Source: a virus
Taxonomy: Duplodnaviria > Caudoviricetes
Virus record (IMG/VR): IMGVR_UViG_3300030419_004766
Location: 1,945-65,944 of that record
Length of the DNA: 64,000 bases
Direction: 5' to 3' (one strand)
In this document: positions 1 through 8,605 of the stretch, piece after piece
How positions within the stretch are numbered: position 1 is the stretch's first letter
How the letters are laid out: every line of letters starts with the position of its first letter
Program-made: the position numbers and the translations under genes
Notes under the pieces: generated by a model
What the model was told of the DNA's origin: nothing
Databases searched by the model: none
Seen by the model: the letters and a program-made list of their open reading frames with translations, nothing else

Positions 1-60
1 TTACCCCCCCACTCAAGACCACCTAGCGGGGTTCCTTTTGAAACACAGAAAGGTATTGAG

Positions 61-918
61 ATGAATTACATTGTTAGCGGCAACGGAACTATGACGATTG
101 TGGTTGATAACCAAAGCTATACGGTTGGCTACGACCATCCCAACTATTTGGCTATCAAGGAGTGTATCGTTAATAACGATGCAGAAAACATTGTTGAACT
201 GATTGACATTCCCTCTGCTATCGAAGATTATGCAGATGGAAAGGTTACAGTTACCGATGGGGTTCTTCGCTATGATGGTGAGGAAATCCACAACAGTCTT
301 ACTGAGCGCATTATGGGAATGATGCGTAATGGTTTCCCCTTTGAGCCTATGGTTAAGTTCTTGGCTAACGTCTTGGAAAACCATAGTAACCGTGCTGTTC
401 AAGAACTGTATACGTTCCTTGAACATAAGAACCTTCCTATTACAGAAGATGGTTGCTTCCTTGCTTACAAGGCTGTGACTAGTGATTATAAGGATAAGTG
501 GTCTCGCACCATTGATAATAGTGTTGGCGAGACTGTTAGTATGCCACGTCGCAAGGTTAATGATGACTGCGGTATTGGATGCTCTCACGGTCTTCACTGT
601 GGGGCGTTGGATTATGTTGAAGGCTATCGGGCCGAGAGTGCCGGGGACCGTGTAGTCATTGTTAAGGTTAACCCCAAGGACGTTGTGTCGGTCCCAACTG
701 ACTGTGAATGTCAGAAGGTCCGAACCTGTGAGTATCAGGTTATTGCCGATTACGAAGGTCCGCTTAAGAGCCTTCTTCATAAGTCAGAAGATAGTCGGGC
801 ATGGACTGAAGATGAGTTTAACGAGTTTATGGCGACTCTTATGGATACTGCCAGTGTCGAAGAAGGCGACGAGCAGGATTATCTTGAAGATCCCAACAAT
901 GACCTTGGAGATGGTTAA
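61..918 (+). CDS. rIIB: rIIB-like protein (T4 rIIB lysis-inhibition family)
   Basis: Motifs ITEDGCFLAYKAV, NSVGETVSMPR, CSHGLH and VKVNPKDVVSVP match rIIB homologues; AGAAAGGT SD upstream. Confidence 0.8.
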   Translation: MNYIVSGNGTMTIVVDNQSYTVGYDHPNYLAIKECIVNNDAENIVELIDIPSAIEDYADGKVTVTDGVLRYDGEEIHNSLTERIMGMMRNGFPFEPMVKFLANVLENHSNRAVQELYTFLEHKNLPITEDGCFLAYKAVTSDYKDKWSRTIDNSVGETVSMPRRKVNDDCGIGCSHGLHCGALDYVEGYRAESAGDRVVIVKVNPKDVVSVPTDCECQKVRTCEYQVIADYEGPLKSLLHKSEDSRAWTEDEFNEFMATLMDTASVEEGDEQDYLEDPNNDLGDG

Positions 919-1331
919 TGGAAACCACCTTTTGGGAGGTGGTCTGGATCTTATCCTTTTTTCTTGGTGGGTTATGCTCTTTGTGTTATATGCTTGGAGC
1001 TTCATCTTCTTCACCTAAAATATCAGAAGAAGAGAGCGATTTAATAACTAATGATTGGGATGCTATTTGCCAATCTGCTATAGACAAAGCTATAGAAGGC
1101 AATGCCTCCGCAAGAGTATGGGTTACTAAGCATGTCTTTCAAAAGCAAACAGAAGAAAAGGTAACTGAAGATGTAAAAACGGATAAGTCCATAATAGACG
1201 AGGCTATAAAAACCTTAGTCAAAGCTATGGGCTACAAAAGAGGCGAAGCTAAAGACCTTGTACTAAAAGTTGTTTCAGAAAAAGATTTTGATACCTTAGA
1301 TAGCTTAATAACCCACATACTAAAGGGTTAG
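918..1331 (+). CDS. Membrane protein with RuvA C-terminal-like helical domain
   Basis: Hydrophobic N-terminus; C-terminal EAIKTLVKAMGYKRGEAKDLV...LITHILK resembles RuvA domain III. Confidence 0.45.
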   Translation: METTFWEVVWILSFFLGGLCSLCYMLGASSSSPKISEEESDLITNDWDAICQSAIDKAIEGNASARVWVTKHVFQKQTEEKVTEDVKTDKSIIDEAIKTLVKAMGYKRGEAKDLVLKVVSEKDFDTLDSLITHILKG

Positions 1332-1335
1332 AATA

Positions 1336-1369
1336 ACACGCCTCCTTAACCGGGGGCGTGTTTTTTTTT
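1336..1369 (+). terminator. Rho-independent terminator
   Basis: 10-bp stem ACACGCCTCC/GGGGGCGTGT (one G-U pair), loop TTAACC, then a T run. Confidence 0.9.
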
Positions 1370-1379
1370 GGAGTAAATT

Positions 1380-1928
1380 ATGAATAGACTTAAAGGTATG
1401 GCGTGTTATTTATGCGGCCCAATGGACAGGGTTCCAGACGGTGGCGTTGTTTGGCGAGAAGACATAACGCCTCAGCTTAAAGAGTTGGGGGTTGGTGTTC
1501 TGGACCCATGTAAGAAGCCAAGCGAGTACGCAACAGAAGACGACGACACTAGAGAGTTAATAGAAAGACACAAAAAAGATCTTAAGTTTTTTGAGGTTTC
1601 TGAGATAATGAAACCGATATGTGCTGTTGACTTAAGAATGGTTGACATAGCACACTTTCTTATTATGTACCTTGACTTAGATGTTCATATGTGTGGATCA
1701 TACCATGAGGCTTTTGTTGCTGTTGGGCAGAAGAAACCTGTGTTAGTTATGTGCAAGCAGGGAAAGCATAATCTACCAAACTGGATGTTTGGGGCTATGC
1801 CACACCAGATGGTTTTTAGTAACTGGTTTCAATTGATGGAGTACCTACACCACATAAATTCAGACAAACGAGTAGACCATATGAACCGTTGGAGATTTTT
1901 CGACTTTAACAAAGTGTACGGAGTATAA
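1380..1928 (+). CDS. Nucleoside 2-deoxyribosyltransferase-like protein
   Basis: N-terminal YLCGPM, DL..V..A and GSYHE pattern of the NDT superfamily. Confidence 0.6.
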   Translation: MNRLKGMACYLCGPMDRVPDGGVVWREDITPQLKELGVGVLDPCKKPSEYATEDDDTRELIERHKKDLKFFEVSEIMKPICAVDLRMVDIAHFLIMYLDLDVHMCGSYHEAFVAVGQKKPVLVMCKQGKHNLPNWMFGAMPHQMVFSNWFQLMEYLHHINSDKRVDHMNRWRFFDFNKVYGV

Positions 1929-1935
1929 TATACTA
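1923..1935 (+). promoter_or_regulatory. Putative -10-only phage promoter GTATAATATACTA
   Basis: Identical 13-mer at 10770-10782; TATAAT lies 5 nt before the ATG at 1935. Confidence 0.45.
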
Positions 1936-2174
1936 TGGCGCGACAAAGACGAGCTAACAGGGTTCCCACAAAACAGGAACCTTACAAATACCCCACTAGG
2001 TATGGCAGCCACTCTTCTATGATTGATGAAGAAAAAACTGCTGAACTAGAAGATAAAAACATGGTTGTCCTAGAAGACGAACACGGGTATTATACAACAT
2101 ATCGAAATAGGTTAGACTCTGGATTATCAGATCCTAAAAGATCTAAAACTAGTAGATTACAATTCTATAAGTAA
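1935..2174 (+). CDS. Hypothetical protein
   Basis: 79-aa ORF filling the gap in the + strand run. Confidence 0.6.
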   Translation: MARQRRANRVPTKQEPYKYPTRYGSHSSMIDEEKTAELEDKNMVVLEDEHGYYTTYRNRLDSGLSDPKRSKTSRLQFYK

Positions 2175-2211
2175 TAAGACTTTGTCTTTTGCTATCTTCC
2201 CCGCTATATGC

Positions 2212-2250
2212 AGAGTAGTCTGGCCATTTTTGAGGCCGAGTAAAAAACAG
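2212..2250 (+). repeat. Conserved intergenic element, copy 1
   Basis: 32/39 ungapped identity to 10202-10240. Confidence 0.7.
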
Positions 2251-2263
2251 AAAGATCAATAAA

Positions 2264-2587
2264 ATGATAAAATTTACAGATACAGCTTTAGAAAAAGTAA
2301 AAGAGTTTAGTAAAGATTATCCAACTTCTGTTTTGCGATTAGGTGTTGCAGGAGGAGGGTGTAGTGGTTTTGAATACAAGATGGGTTTTATGGAGCGGGA
2401 AGAAGTTGACGATACTTTTTCTGAGTATAAACAGGAAGGTGTTCCGTTTGTGGTTGACAAAAAAGGAGAGCCATTTATCGACGGCTGTACAGTTGATTGG
2501 ATTGAAGATGTAATGAAAAGAGGTTTTAAGTTTGATAACCCTAACGCTACTGGAAGCTGTGGATGCAATAAGAGTTTTAGTGTATGA
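2264..2587 (+). CDS. iscA: IscA/HesB family Fe-S cluster assembly protein
   Basis: GGCSG and CGCxxSF motifs; 107 aa. Confidence 0.92.
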   Translation: MIKFTDTALEKVKEFSKDYPTSVLRLGVAGGGCSGFEYKMGFMEREEVDDTFSEYKQEGVPFVVDKKGEPFIDGCTVDWIEDVMKRGFKFDNPNATGSCGCNKSFSV

Positions 2588-3465
2588 ATGCTATTAAATG
2601 GTATACGTCTAAGTTCCCAGAATCTTTATATCCCTGCGCTAAGGATACACAGCAGAATTATAATATAAAGGTAATTGGGGGTAGACAGAAGATGGCTGAA
2701 TCCACAGTGGTTATCTGTGGGATAGCTAGAGATATTTCTAAAAACATCATGGCTACACTCGCTCGTATTGAGCGTTTAGGAAAAATGTTTTTAGATTATA
2801 GGGTAGTTATATATGAAAATGATTCCACTGATGGAACAGACATAGTTCTGAAAGAATGGGAAAGTCAAAATTATAAAGTAAAAATAATCACAGAAAAGCT
2901 TAATGCCGTCAAACACGAACAAGACGATAGTCTTGGCAGAATGACAGATCTAGCTGTATATAGAAACAAGTATTTGGATTATATTTTATCACAAAATATT
3001 ATACCAGATTATATTCTAGTAGCTGATCTGGATCTTCCGGGGGGTTGGAGTTACGAGGGCATATGCAATACTTTTGGATATGACAACTGGAGCGTCATGG
3101 GGTCCAACGGCTTGCTCTACGGCCTTTCCGAAACAATGACGGACGACGACGGCCAACCCCTAATGAGGAGGGTGTACTACGACGCTCACGCCTTCAGAAG
3201 ATTGGGTCATCCTAAGCCCCACAGGCACTCAGAGATCAACGTGGTAGCCTACAACAGAGGCGAGGAGCCATTCAAGGTTCGGTCCTGCTTCGGCGGGATT
3301 GGCATATACAAATCCAGTGTTTTTAAACATGGGGCCAAGTACGCAGGACCGGAATGCGAGCATGTTGGTTTACATAATGACTTAATAGAAGTCGGGATAG
3401 ATAATATATATATGAATCCCAGCCAAATTATATTATACTCAAAAGTGCATTACACTGAACTATGA
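2584..3465 (+). CDS. Glycosyltransferase (GT-A fold, CAP59/GT69-like)
   Basis: YENDSTDGT, LAVYRNKYL, VADLDL and SCFGGIGIY motifs. Confidence 0.65.
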   Translation: MNAIKWYTSKFPESLYPCAKDTQQNYNIKVIGGRQKMAESTVVICGIARDISKNIMATLARIERLGKMFLDYRVVIYENDSTDGTDIVLKEWESQNYKVKIITEKLNAVKHEQDDSLGRMTDLAVYRNKYLDYILSQNIIPDYILVADLDLPGGWSYEGICNTFGYDNWSVMGSNGLLYGLSETMTDDDGQPLMRRVYYDAHAFRRLGHPKPHRHSEINVVAYNRGEEPFKVRSCFGGIGIYKSSVFKHGAKYAGPECEHVGLHNDLIEVGIDNIYMNPSQIILYSKVHYTEL

Positions 3466-4985
3466 GTAATCTAGACTATCTAAAAAATGAAACATGGTCA
3501 GAGATAGCATCCACTACGAATGACGTGGAGCTAAAAGAATACCTCATGAGGGGTTATGGGGAAGTTGAGGATCTTCCACATGACGAACTAGATCTTCTTT
3601 ATACGAAACGTCGCAAATATAAGATACTTGACTTTGGATGTGGCATTGGAAGAAATTTTAGATATTTCAAAAGTTTTGCTACAGAGGTTCATGGTTACGA
3701 CACACCAGAAATGATTGAGAGATGTAATGAATTATGCTCTACTAAAATAGACCTATTAACGAGCGACTGGGATAGGATTAAAGAAGAGAAATATGATCTT
3801 GTAATAGCATATCATGTGTTTCAACACTTAACAGACCCAGACCACGTAAGGGCATTTTTAGAAGATTTATCCAAGATAACATCCAGTCTATATCTTTCGA
3901 CCAGATGTTATATGGATAGTCCAAACACTGATAATATTGCGAAAATAATACAAGAAGATCCTAGCTTTGAAATCGTAATGGAGAATTGCAATATAGATCA
4001 ATTTGCTAGAGAAGAATACCCCAGCGATTCGCATGCTCAACTTATATGCAAATCTAATATTGAAGAAAAGTCAATTGCTGAGGTAATAGATTTTAATTTT
4101 TACGCGCCATTCAACGACGGGTCTCACAAATTTGTATACAGGTCTTATGCTGACGCTGTCAAAGATATTAAACATTGGTGTGATGTTATACCAGAAGTAT
4201 CTGGCGTTTGTGGCATACCACGAAGCGGCTCGTTTATAGCTGCTGTAATATCTGAGTATAGAAATATTCCACTGTTAACAATAGATGGAATATTGAATGA
4301 GAATTTTTGCTGGAGGCCACACATATCCAGACCGCTAAACACTCCATCAGGTCCGATATTAGTTGTGGATGACACCTGTTGGAGTGGAGCTTCATTAAAG
4401 AGAGCGCAAGCCTACTTAAAAAATAAGGGAGATTTTCTATACGCCTGTTTGTATATAAACGAGGAACGAGAAGAAGACGTTGACTTGTTTTATGGAATAC
4501 TACCAACTGTATACCATTCTTGGGAGTGGAGTTTCCTGAGAGATCCACAGTGTCAAGCGTACATGTGCGATCTTGACGGCGTGTTCTGTCCAGATTATAC
4601 TGGCGGTGTAAATGAGGGTGAAGAATATATCCGACATATACAGACATGCACCCCAACTGTCTATGTTCCTAAATATCCGCTGATGAAAATATGCACAGCT
4701 AGACTACACAAACACAGAAAAACCACAGAGGAATGGCTATCATTTCATAAGATTAAATACAAACAACTTCTGATGAGTCCATACGATTCGATAGAAGAGC
4801 GTTTTGAAAAGAATGGTTTTGGAGAATGGAAGTCAGAGATGTATGACGGTTGCCGAGAGGCTATTCTTTTTGTAGAAAGCGAACAGGCGCAAGCTATCGA
4901 GATATGGAAAAACACACAAAGACCTGTGTTCTGCATGGATACAATGACTCTTTATGGCGGATCAGATATAGATGTCCCTCATTGA
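3462..4985 (+). CDS. Fusion: class I SAM methyltransferase + phosphoribosyltransferase-like + HAD phosphatase-like
   Basis: ILDFGCGIG (SAM motif I); GIPRSG and ILVVDDTCWSGAS (PRPP loop); CDLDGV (HAD motif I). Confidence 0.7.
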   Translation: MSNLDYLKNETWSEIASTTNDVELKEYLMRGYGEVEDLPHDELDLLYTKRRKYKILDFGCGIGRNFRYFKSFATEVHGYDTPEMIERCNELCSTKIDLLTSDWDRIKEEKYDLVIAYHVFQHLTDPDHVRAFLEDLSKITSSLYLSTRCYMDSPNTDNIAKIIQEDPSFEIVMENCNIDQFAREEYPSDSHAQLICKSNIEEKSIAEVIDFNFYAPFNDGSHKFVYRSYADAVKDIKHWCDVIPEVSGVCGIPRSGSFIAAVISEYRNIPLLTIDGILNENFCWRPHISRPLNTPSGPILVVDDTCWSGASLKRAQAYLKNKGDFLYACLYINEEREEDVDLFYGILPTVYHSWEWSFLRDPQCQAYMCDLDGVFCPDYTGGVNEGEEYIRHIQTCTPTVYVPKYPLMKICTARLHKHRKTTEEWLSFHKIKYKQLLMSPYDSIEERFEKNGFGEWKSEMYDGCREAILFVESEQAQAIEIWKNTQRPVFCMDTMTLYGGSDIDVPH

Positions 4986-5937
4986 CAAATCAGACATAAT
5001 CAACTGCAAGTCTTGGATGGACATAGCAGATTGCAATTATGAATATGACTACCCAGAGGAAGACAATATACCTCCAACTGGAGTAGTCTACTGCAATATA
5101 GAGCACATCACAAAACTATTTAAAAAATGTGAAAAAACTGACAACAAGTACGTTGTTGTTAGCGGGTTTAGTGATTTTGGTTTGGGCTACCAAAAAGAAC
5201 ACCCAGTGGCAATGGACATGCTTAAGTGGCTACCGTTCATAGATTCAGAAATAGCAAAAATAGGATACAAATCCCTTCAGGTCGCTCCCAGATGCGATGT
5301 TGAAAAATGCAACGAGGAAGATAGATATTCTATAAAATGTTATTCTTTTACAATGGAAACTTTTAACAAGATACCAAAAAATGTAGTTAAGTGGTTTTTG
5401 GTAAACCCACTATTGATGAAAAACAAAATTCAAGGAATACCGATAGGAGTTGGCAAAGACTCTGCTGACGCAATATCAAAAACCCCTCACCAAAAAGATA
5501 AAAAAAACTGGCTTTACGTTAATTGGCAAAACTACACTACAGACAGAATGCACATAAAGAAATTTTTTATAAACAATAACTGGGATTGGGTTACGGCTCA
5601 CGAAGACCCCAACGTCCCATACGAACAATATCTCTCAGAGTTGTCGCAACATAGATTCGTTGCTTGCCCACCGGGAAATGGAGTTGATTGTTATAGGATT
5701 CTAGAATCTATTTACTTAGGGGCTATACCTATCGTTCAAGACTGCCCTGCTATGAGATATCTGGACGGCTTGCCAATAGTAAAAATCAGAGGCTGGGGAG
5801 CCATTAATTCTCTAGGGTGGCTAGAACAAAAATATCACGAAACTATGTCTCGTTTTAGAAATGGATTAGTTCTAGACAAGGCAAAATTATCTTATTGGAG
5901 CGGTGAAATGAGGAAAGCTATAAATGAAGTTTCCTAA
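4972..5937 (+). CDS. Exostosin/GT47-like glycosyltransferase
   Basis: FVACPPGNGVDCYRILESIYLGAIPIV motif. Confidence 0.55.
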   Translation: MSLIDKSDIINCKSWMDIADCNYEYDYPEEDNIPPTGVVYCNIEHITKLFKKCEKTDNKYVVVSGFSDFGLGYQKEHPVAMDMLKWLPFIDSEIAKIGYKSLQVAPRCDVEKCNEEDRYSIKCYSFTMETFNKIPKNVVKWFLVNPLLMKNKIQGIPIGVGKDSADAISKTPHQKDKKNWLYVNWQNYTTDRMHIKKFFINNNWDWVTAHEDPNVPYEQYLSELSQHRFVACPPGNGVDCYRILESIYLGAIPIVQDCPAMRYLDGLPIVKIRGWGAINSLGWLEQKYHETMSRFRNGLVLDKAKLSYWSGEMRKAINEVS

Positions 5938-6172
5938 CATGTCCACTATGGTAGCATATCAGTATTTTATGTCTTCCAATATAGGATCAAATCACAACAT
6001 AGATCAATTAAAAAAACATATGAGGTTGCTAAAAGTAGAATCAAAAAATATACATCCGTTCATATCATCTTGCACACACCACATGATAAACAACATAGAT
6101 TGGGTTTTTATAGAAAGCGAACTAATCAATGCCCAACAACAAATCGATAAATCTAATATCCCCGATCAATAG
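5924..6172 (+). CDS. Hypothetical protein
   Basis: 82-aa ORF overlapping both neighbours. Confidence 0.45.
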   Translation: MKFPNMSTMVAYQYFMSSNIGSNHNIDQLKKHMRLLKVESKNIHPFISSCTHHMINNIDWVFIESELINAQQQIDKSNIPDQ

Positions 6173-7205
6173 TCTGGGGTATGGCGTAGCTGGGCTAAAT
6201 ATAATCTCGTCTCTTGACAAGATTTGCGAGGTATCGCTATGGCCAATAGGGCAGCCAGAATGTGACAATTCTTATATACCTACAATAAAAAGGTGTATAG
6301 CAAGATCTGAATTACCAGACTTCAACGCCCCTTGTTTACGAATATGGCATCAGCATGACATGAGTCAGTTCGTAGGAAGGGGCGATAAAATTGGCCTACC
6401 TATTTTTGAACTAGACACATTTACCACTCAGGAAGAACATCATCTCAGTTCGCTGGATAAGATTATAGTATGCTCCGAATGGGCTAAAAAGATATGTGAA
6501 GATAAAGTTTCTGGAAATCCAAAAGTTTTTGTAGCTCCTCTCGGAGTGGATAGAGAAATATTTCAAGAAAGTAAATCGGTTAGAAAAGAAACTATATTTT
6601 TCAATTGTGGAAAATGGGAAGTAAGAAAAGGTCACGACATTCTTGTTGAAGCCTTCAACAAAGCGTTCTCAGACGAAGATGATGTAGAACTCTGGATGAT
6701 GTGCAACAACCCCTTTTACAGCAGCGAAGAAAATGAGAAGTGGGAACGTCTATATAAAGAGTCTCCTCTTGGAAACAAGATTAGGATAATTCCTAGGCAG
6801 ACTACACAAAAAGAGGTGTATAATATAATGAAGCAAATTGATTGCGGGGTCTTCCCATCCAGAGCGGAGGGGTGGAATCTAGAATTGCTTGAATTAATGT
6901 CCTGCGGAAAACATGTAATTGCTACTAATTACTCTGGACATACCCAATTTTGCAACAAAGAAAACTGCATGCTTATAGATATAGATAACAAAGAAGACGC
7001 GGTTGACAATAAGTGGTTTTTTGGCCAAGGCCAGTGGGCTAAAATTGGAGAAAAACAAATAAAACAAATGTCTGTATATATGAGTGCCATACACAGAGCT
7101 AAACGAAGAAATGACCTTTTTATAAATAGCGAATGCATAAAGACATCCAAGAAGTTTTCTTGGGGTAACACAGCAAAGGAGATTATCAATGCCATCTCCG
7201 CGTAA
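6129..7205 (+). CDS. Glycosyltransferase family 4 (GT-B)
   Basis: GKWEVRKG and FPSRAEGWNLELLELMSCG (EX7E) motifs. Confidence 0.85.
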   Translation: MPNNKSINLISPINSLGYGVAGLNIISSLDKICEVSLWPIGQPECDNSYIPTIKRCIARSELPDFNAPCLRIWHQHDMSQFVGRGDKIGLPIFELDTFTTQEEHHLSSLDKIIVCSEWAKKICEDKVSGNPKVFVAPLGVDREIFQESKSVRKETIFFNCGKWEVRKGHDILVEAFNKAFSDEDDVELWMMCNNPFYSSEENEKWERLYKESPLGNKIRIIPRQTTQKEVYNIMKQIDCGVFPSRAEGWNLELLELMSCGKHVIATNYSGHTQFCNKENCMLIDIDNKEDAVDNKWFFGQGQWAKIGEKQIKQMSVYMSAIHRAKRRNDLFINSECIKTSKKFSWGNTAKEIINAISA

Positions 7206-7512
7206 AGGTGAACAACAAAAAGACTATGTTTCAAGGTGCATGTCTAGCGAAGAAGCTAAAAAAGATTTTCCAGACACAAAACAAAGAGTAGCTTTTTGTA
7301 ATAGTAAATGGGAAAACAGAGGCAAGTCTTCTGCGGCCATCTTTATATATGAAGATCCTAAAACCGGTGAGCTTTTTCATTACTCAAGAAGAGGCGCTCA
7401 TAGAAAAAATGGTAGAACTTTAATTTTTGTTAAACGGTCTAGAGCAGAAACCATCCTAGACAAGACAGCAGAAAATTATATCTCTAAGAAAAATCAAGAT
7501 AACAAAGAATGA
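7189..7512 (+). CDS. Hypothetical phage protein
   Basis: N-terminal PxPxxGE...SRCM...QRVAFC..W motif of a type seen in phage proteins; family not certain. Confidence 0.55.
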   Translation: MPSPRKGEQQKDYVSRCMSSEEAKKDFPDTKQRVAFCNSKWENRGKSSAAIFIYEDPKTGELFHYSRRGAHRKNGRTLIFVKRSRAETILDKTAENYISKKNQDNKE

Positions 7513-8360
7513 TTTCATCTATAGTTTTTTCTAAAGATCGTGCCTGTCAATTAAATCTATTGCTGGAAAGCATAAACAAGAACGGGTCTAATCTGTTCAA
7601 TGTGACTGTTATATACAGCGCCTCTTCATCCACGTTTGAAGATGGCTACAACTCCCTGATTAAAAAATACACTGACGTACATTGGATTAAACAAGAAGAG
7701 CCTCCTTCAGATTTTAGAGAGATCACCTTAAAAGCAATCAAAAACTCTGGAGAGTTTATTTGCTTTTTTGTAGACGACAATATTATTTATAAAGATATAA
7801 ACACCACAACAGAGTCTGTCAGGAGTCTATTCGAATATTTCGAAGAAGAAGACTCTATCCGCCTACTGTGTTTGTCATTAAGATTAGGAGCTAATACTAG
7901 AATACAAAATGAATATGCTGGAACGCTCTGCGATTTCCCAGCAGAGGTGATGGTGGTTGAAGACAAGTACATAGTTTGGGATTGGACTAGGCTGCAACCC
8001 CACACCAATTTTGCATACCCTTTTTCTGTTGATGGTCATATATATAAAACAGATCAAGTTTTACAAATGTTGACTTACGACTTTGACACTCCCAACGGGC
8101 TTGAGGGATCTGGAAAATTTGATGTAGACCTCCCTCCTTTCATGGCTTGTTTTGACCAAAGCCTTGTTGTCAATAGCCCTGTCAACATTGTTGGATCTTC
8201 AGCTAATAAAGCCGGTAAGAAATATGGGATGGGTTTAGAGGAATTAAATGATTTATTTTTATCAGGACGCGCCATAGATTTGGATTCTATGGACTTCTCT
8301 AATGTGAGAGGATGTCACCAAGAGGTTGAATATAAGTTTACTGGAGAAGTAACATGCTAG
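7509..8360 (+). CDS. Glycosyltransferase-like protein (GT-A)
   Basis: FSKDRACQL and FFVDDNI (DD motif) patterns. Confidence 0.55.
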   Translation: MISSIVFSKDRACQLNLLLESINKNGSNLFNVTVIYSASSSTFEDGYNSLIKKYTDVHWIKQEEPPSDFREITLKAIKNSGEFICFFVDDNIIYKDINTTTESVRSLFEYFEEEDSIRLLCLSLRLGANTRIQNEYAGTLCDFPAEVMVVEDKYIVWDWTRLQPHTNFAYPFSVDGHIYKTDQVLQMLTYDFDTPNGLEGSGKFDVDLPPFMACFDQSLVVNSPVNIVGSSANKAGKKYGMGLEELNDLFLSGRAIDLDSMDFSNVRGCHQEVEYKFTGEVTC

Positions 8361-8566
8361 ATTTTATCAAAAAACATTTTCTATGTCTTGGAATCGGAAT
8401 TGGTATTGGCTACTGCCTACACTTCTGTCCGATTCTATGTAACTGCGCTGGCAAGTGTCCTGTCGCCGGTGGCGAAAAGACCGCCTGTGCCTGTGATGGC
8501 TGTGCTTGCGATGTATGTAAATGTGATGATGGTGGTTGCAATTGCGGGGCGTGTCTCGTAAAATAA
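8354..8566 (+). CDS. Cys-rich metallothionein-like small protein with hydrophobic N-terminus
   Basis: 15 Cys in 70 aa, including five CxC pairs. Confidence 0.5.
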   Translation: MLDFIKKHFLCLGIGIGIGYCLHFCPILCNCAGKCPVAGGEKTACACDGCACDVCKCDDGGCNCGACLVK

Positions 8567-8605
8567 CCGCTAATATTTAACGTAAGAACTAAAGGAAGGA
8601 TACCG

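Noticed and set aside
13-780. 255-aa minus-strand ORF, and the other minus-strand ORFs in the track
   Set aside because: These are antisense shadows of well-supported + strand genes with no recognisable motifs; the rIIB shadow follows from its codon bias.
1380-1928. NDT-like gene as evidence of a modified-base (e.g. 7-deazaguanine or Z) pathway
   Set aside because: No purZ, queC/D/E, folE, dpdA or hydroxymethylase genes are in the window; salvage is the simpler reading.
2220-2236. Sigma-54 promoter (TGGC at -24)
   Set aside because: The -12 position reads GG or GA rather than GC in the two copies.
2212-2250. preQ1-I or SAM-II/V riboswitch identity for the conserved element
   Set aside because: The A-rich tail is similar, but the stem and loop consensus nucleotides do not match; kept only as an unknown motif.
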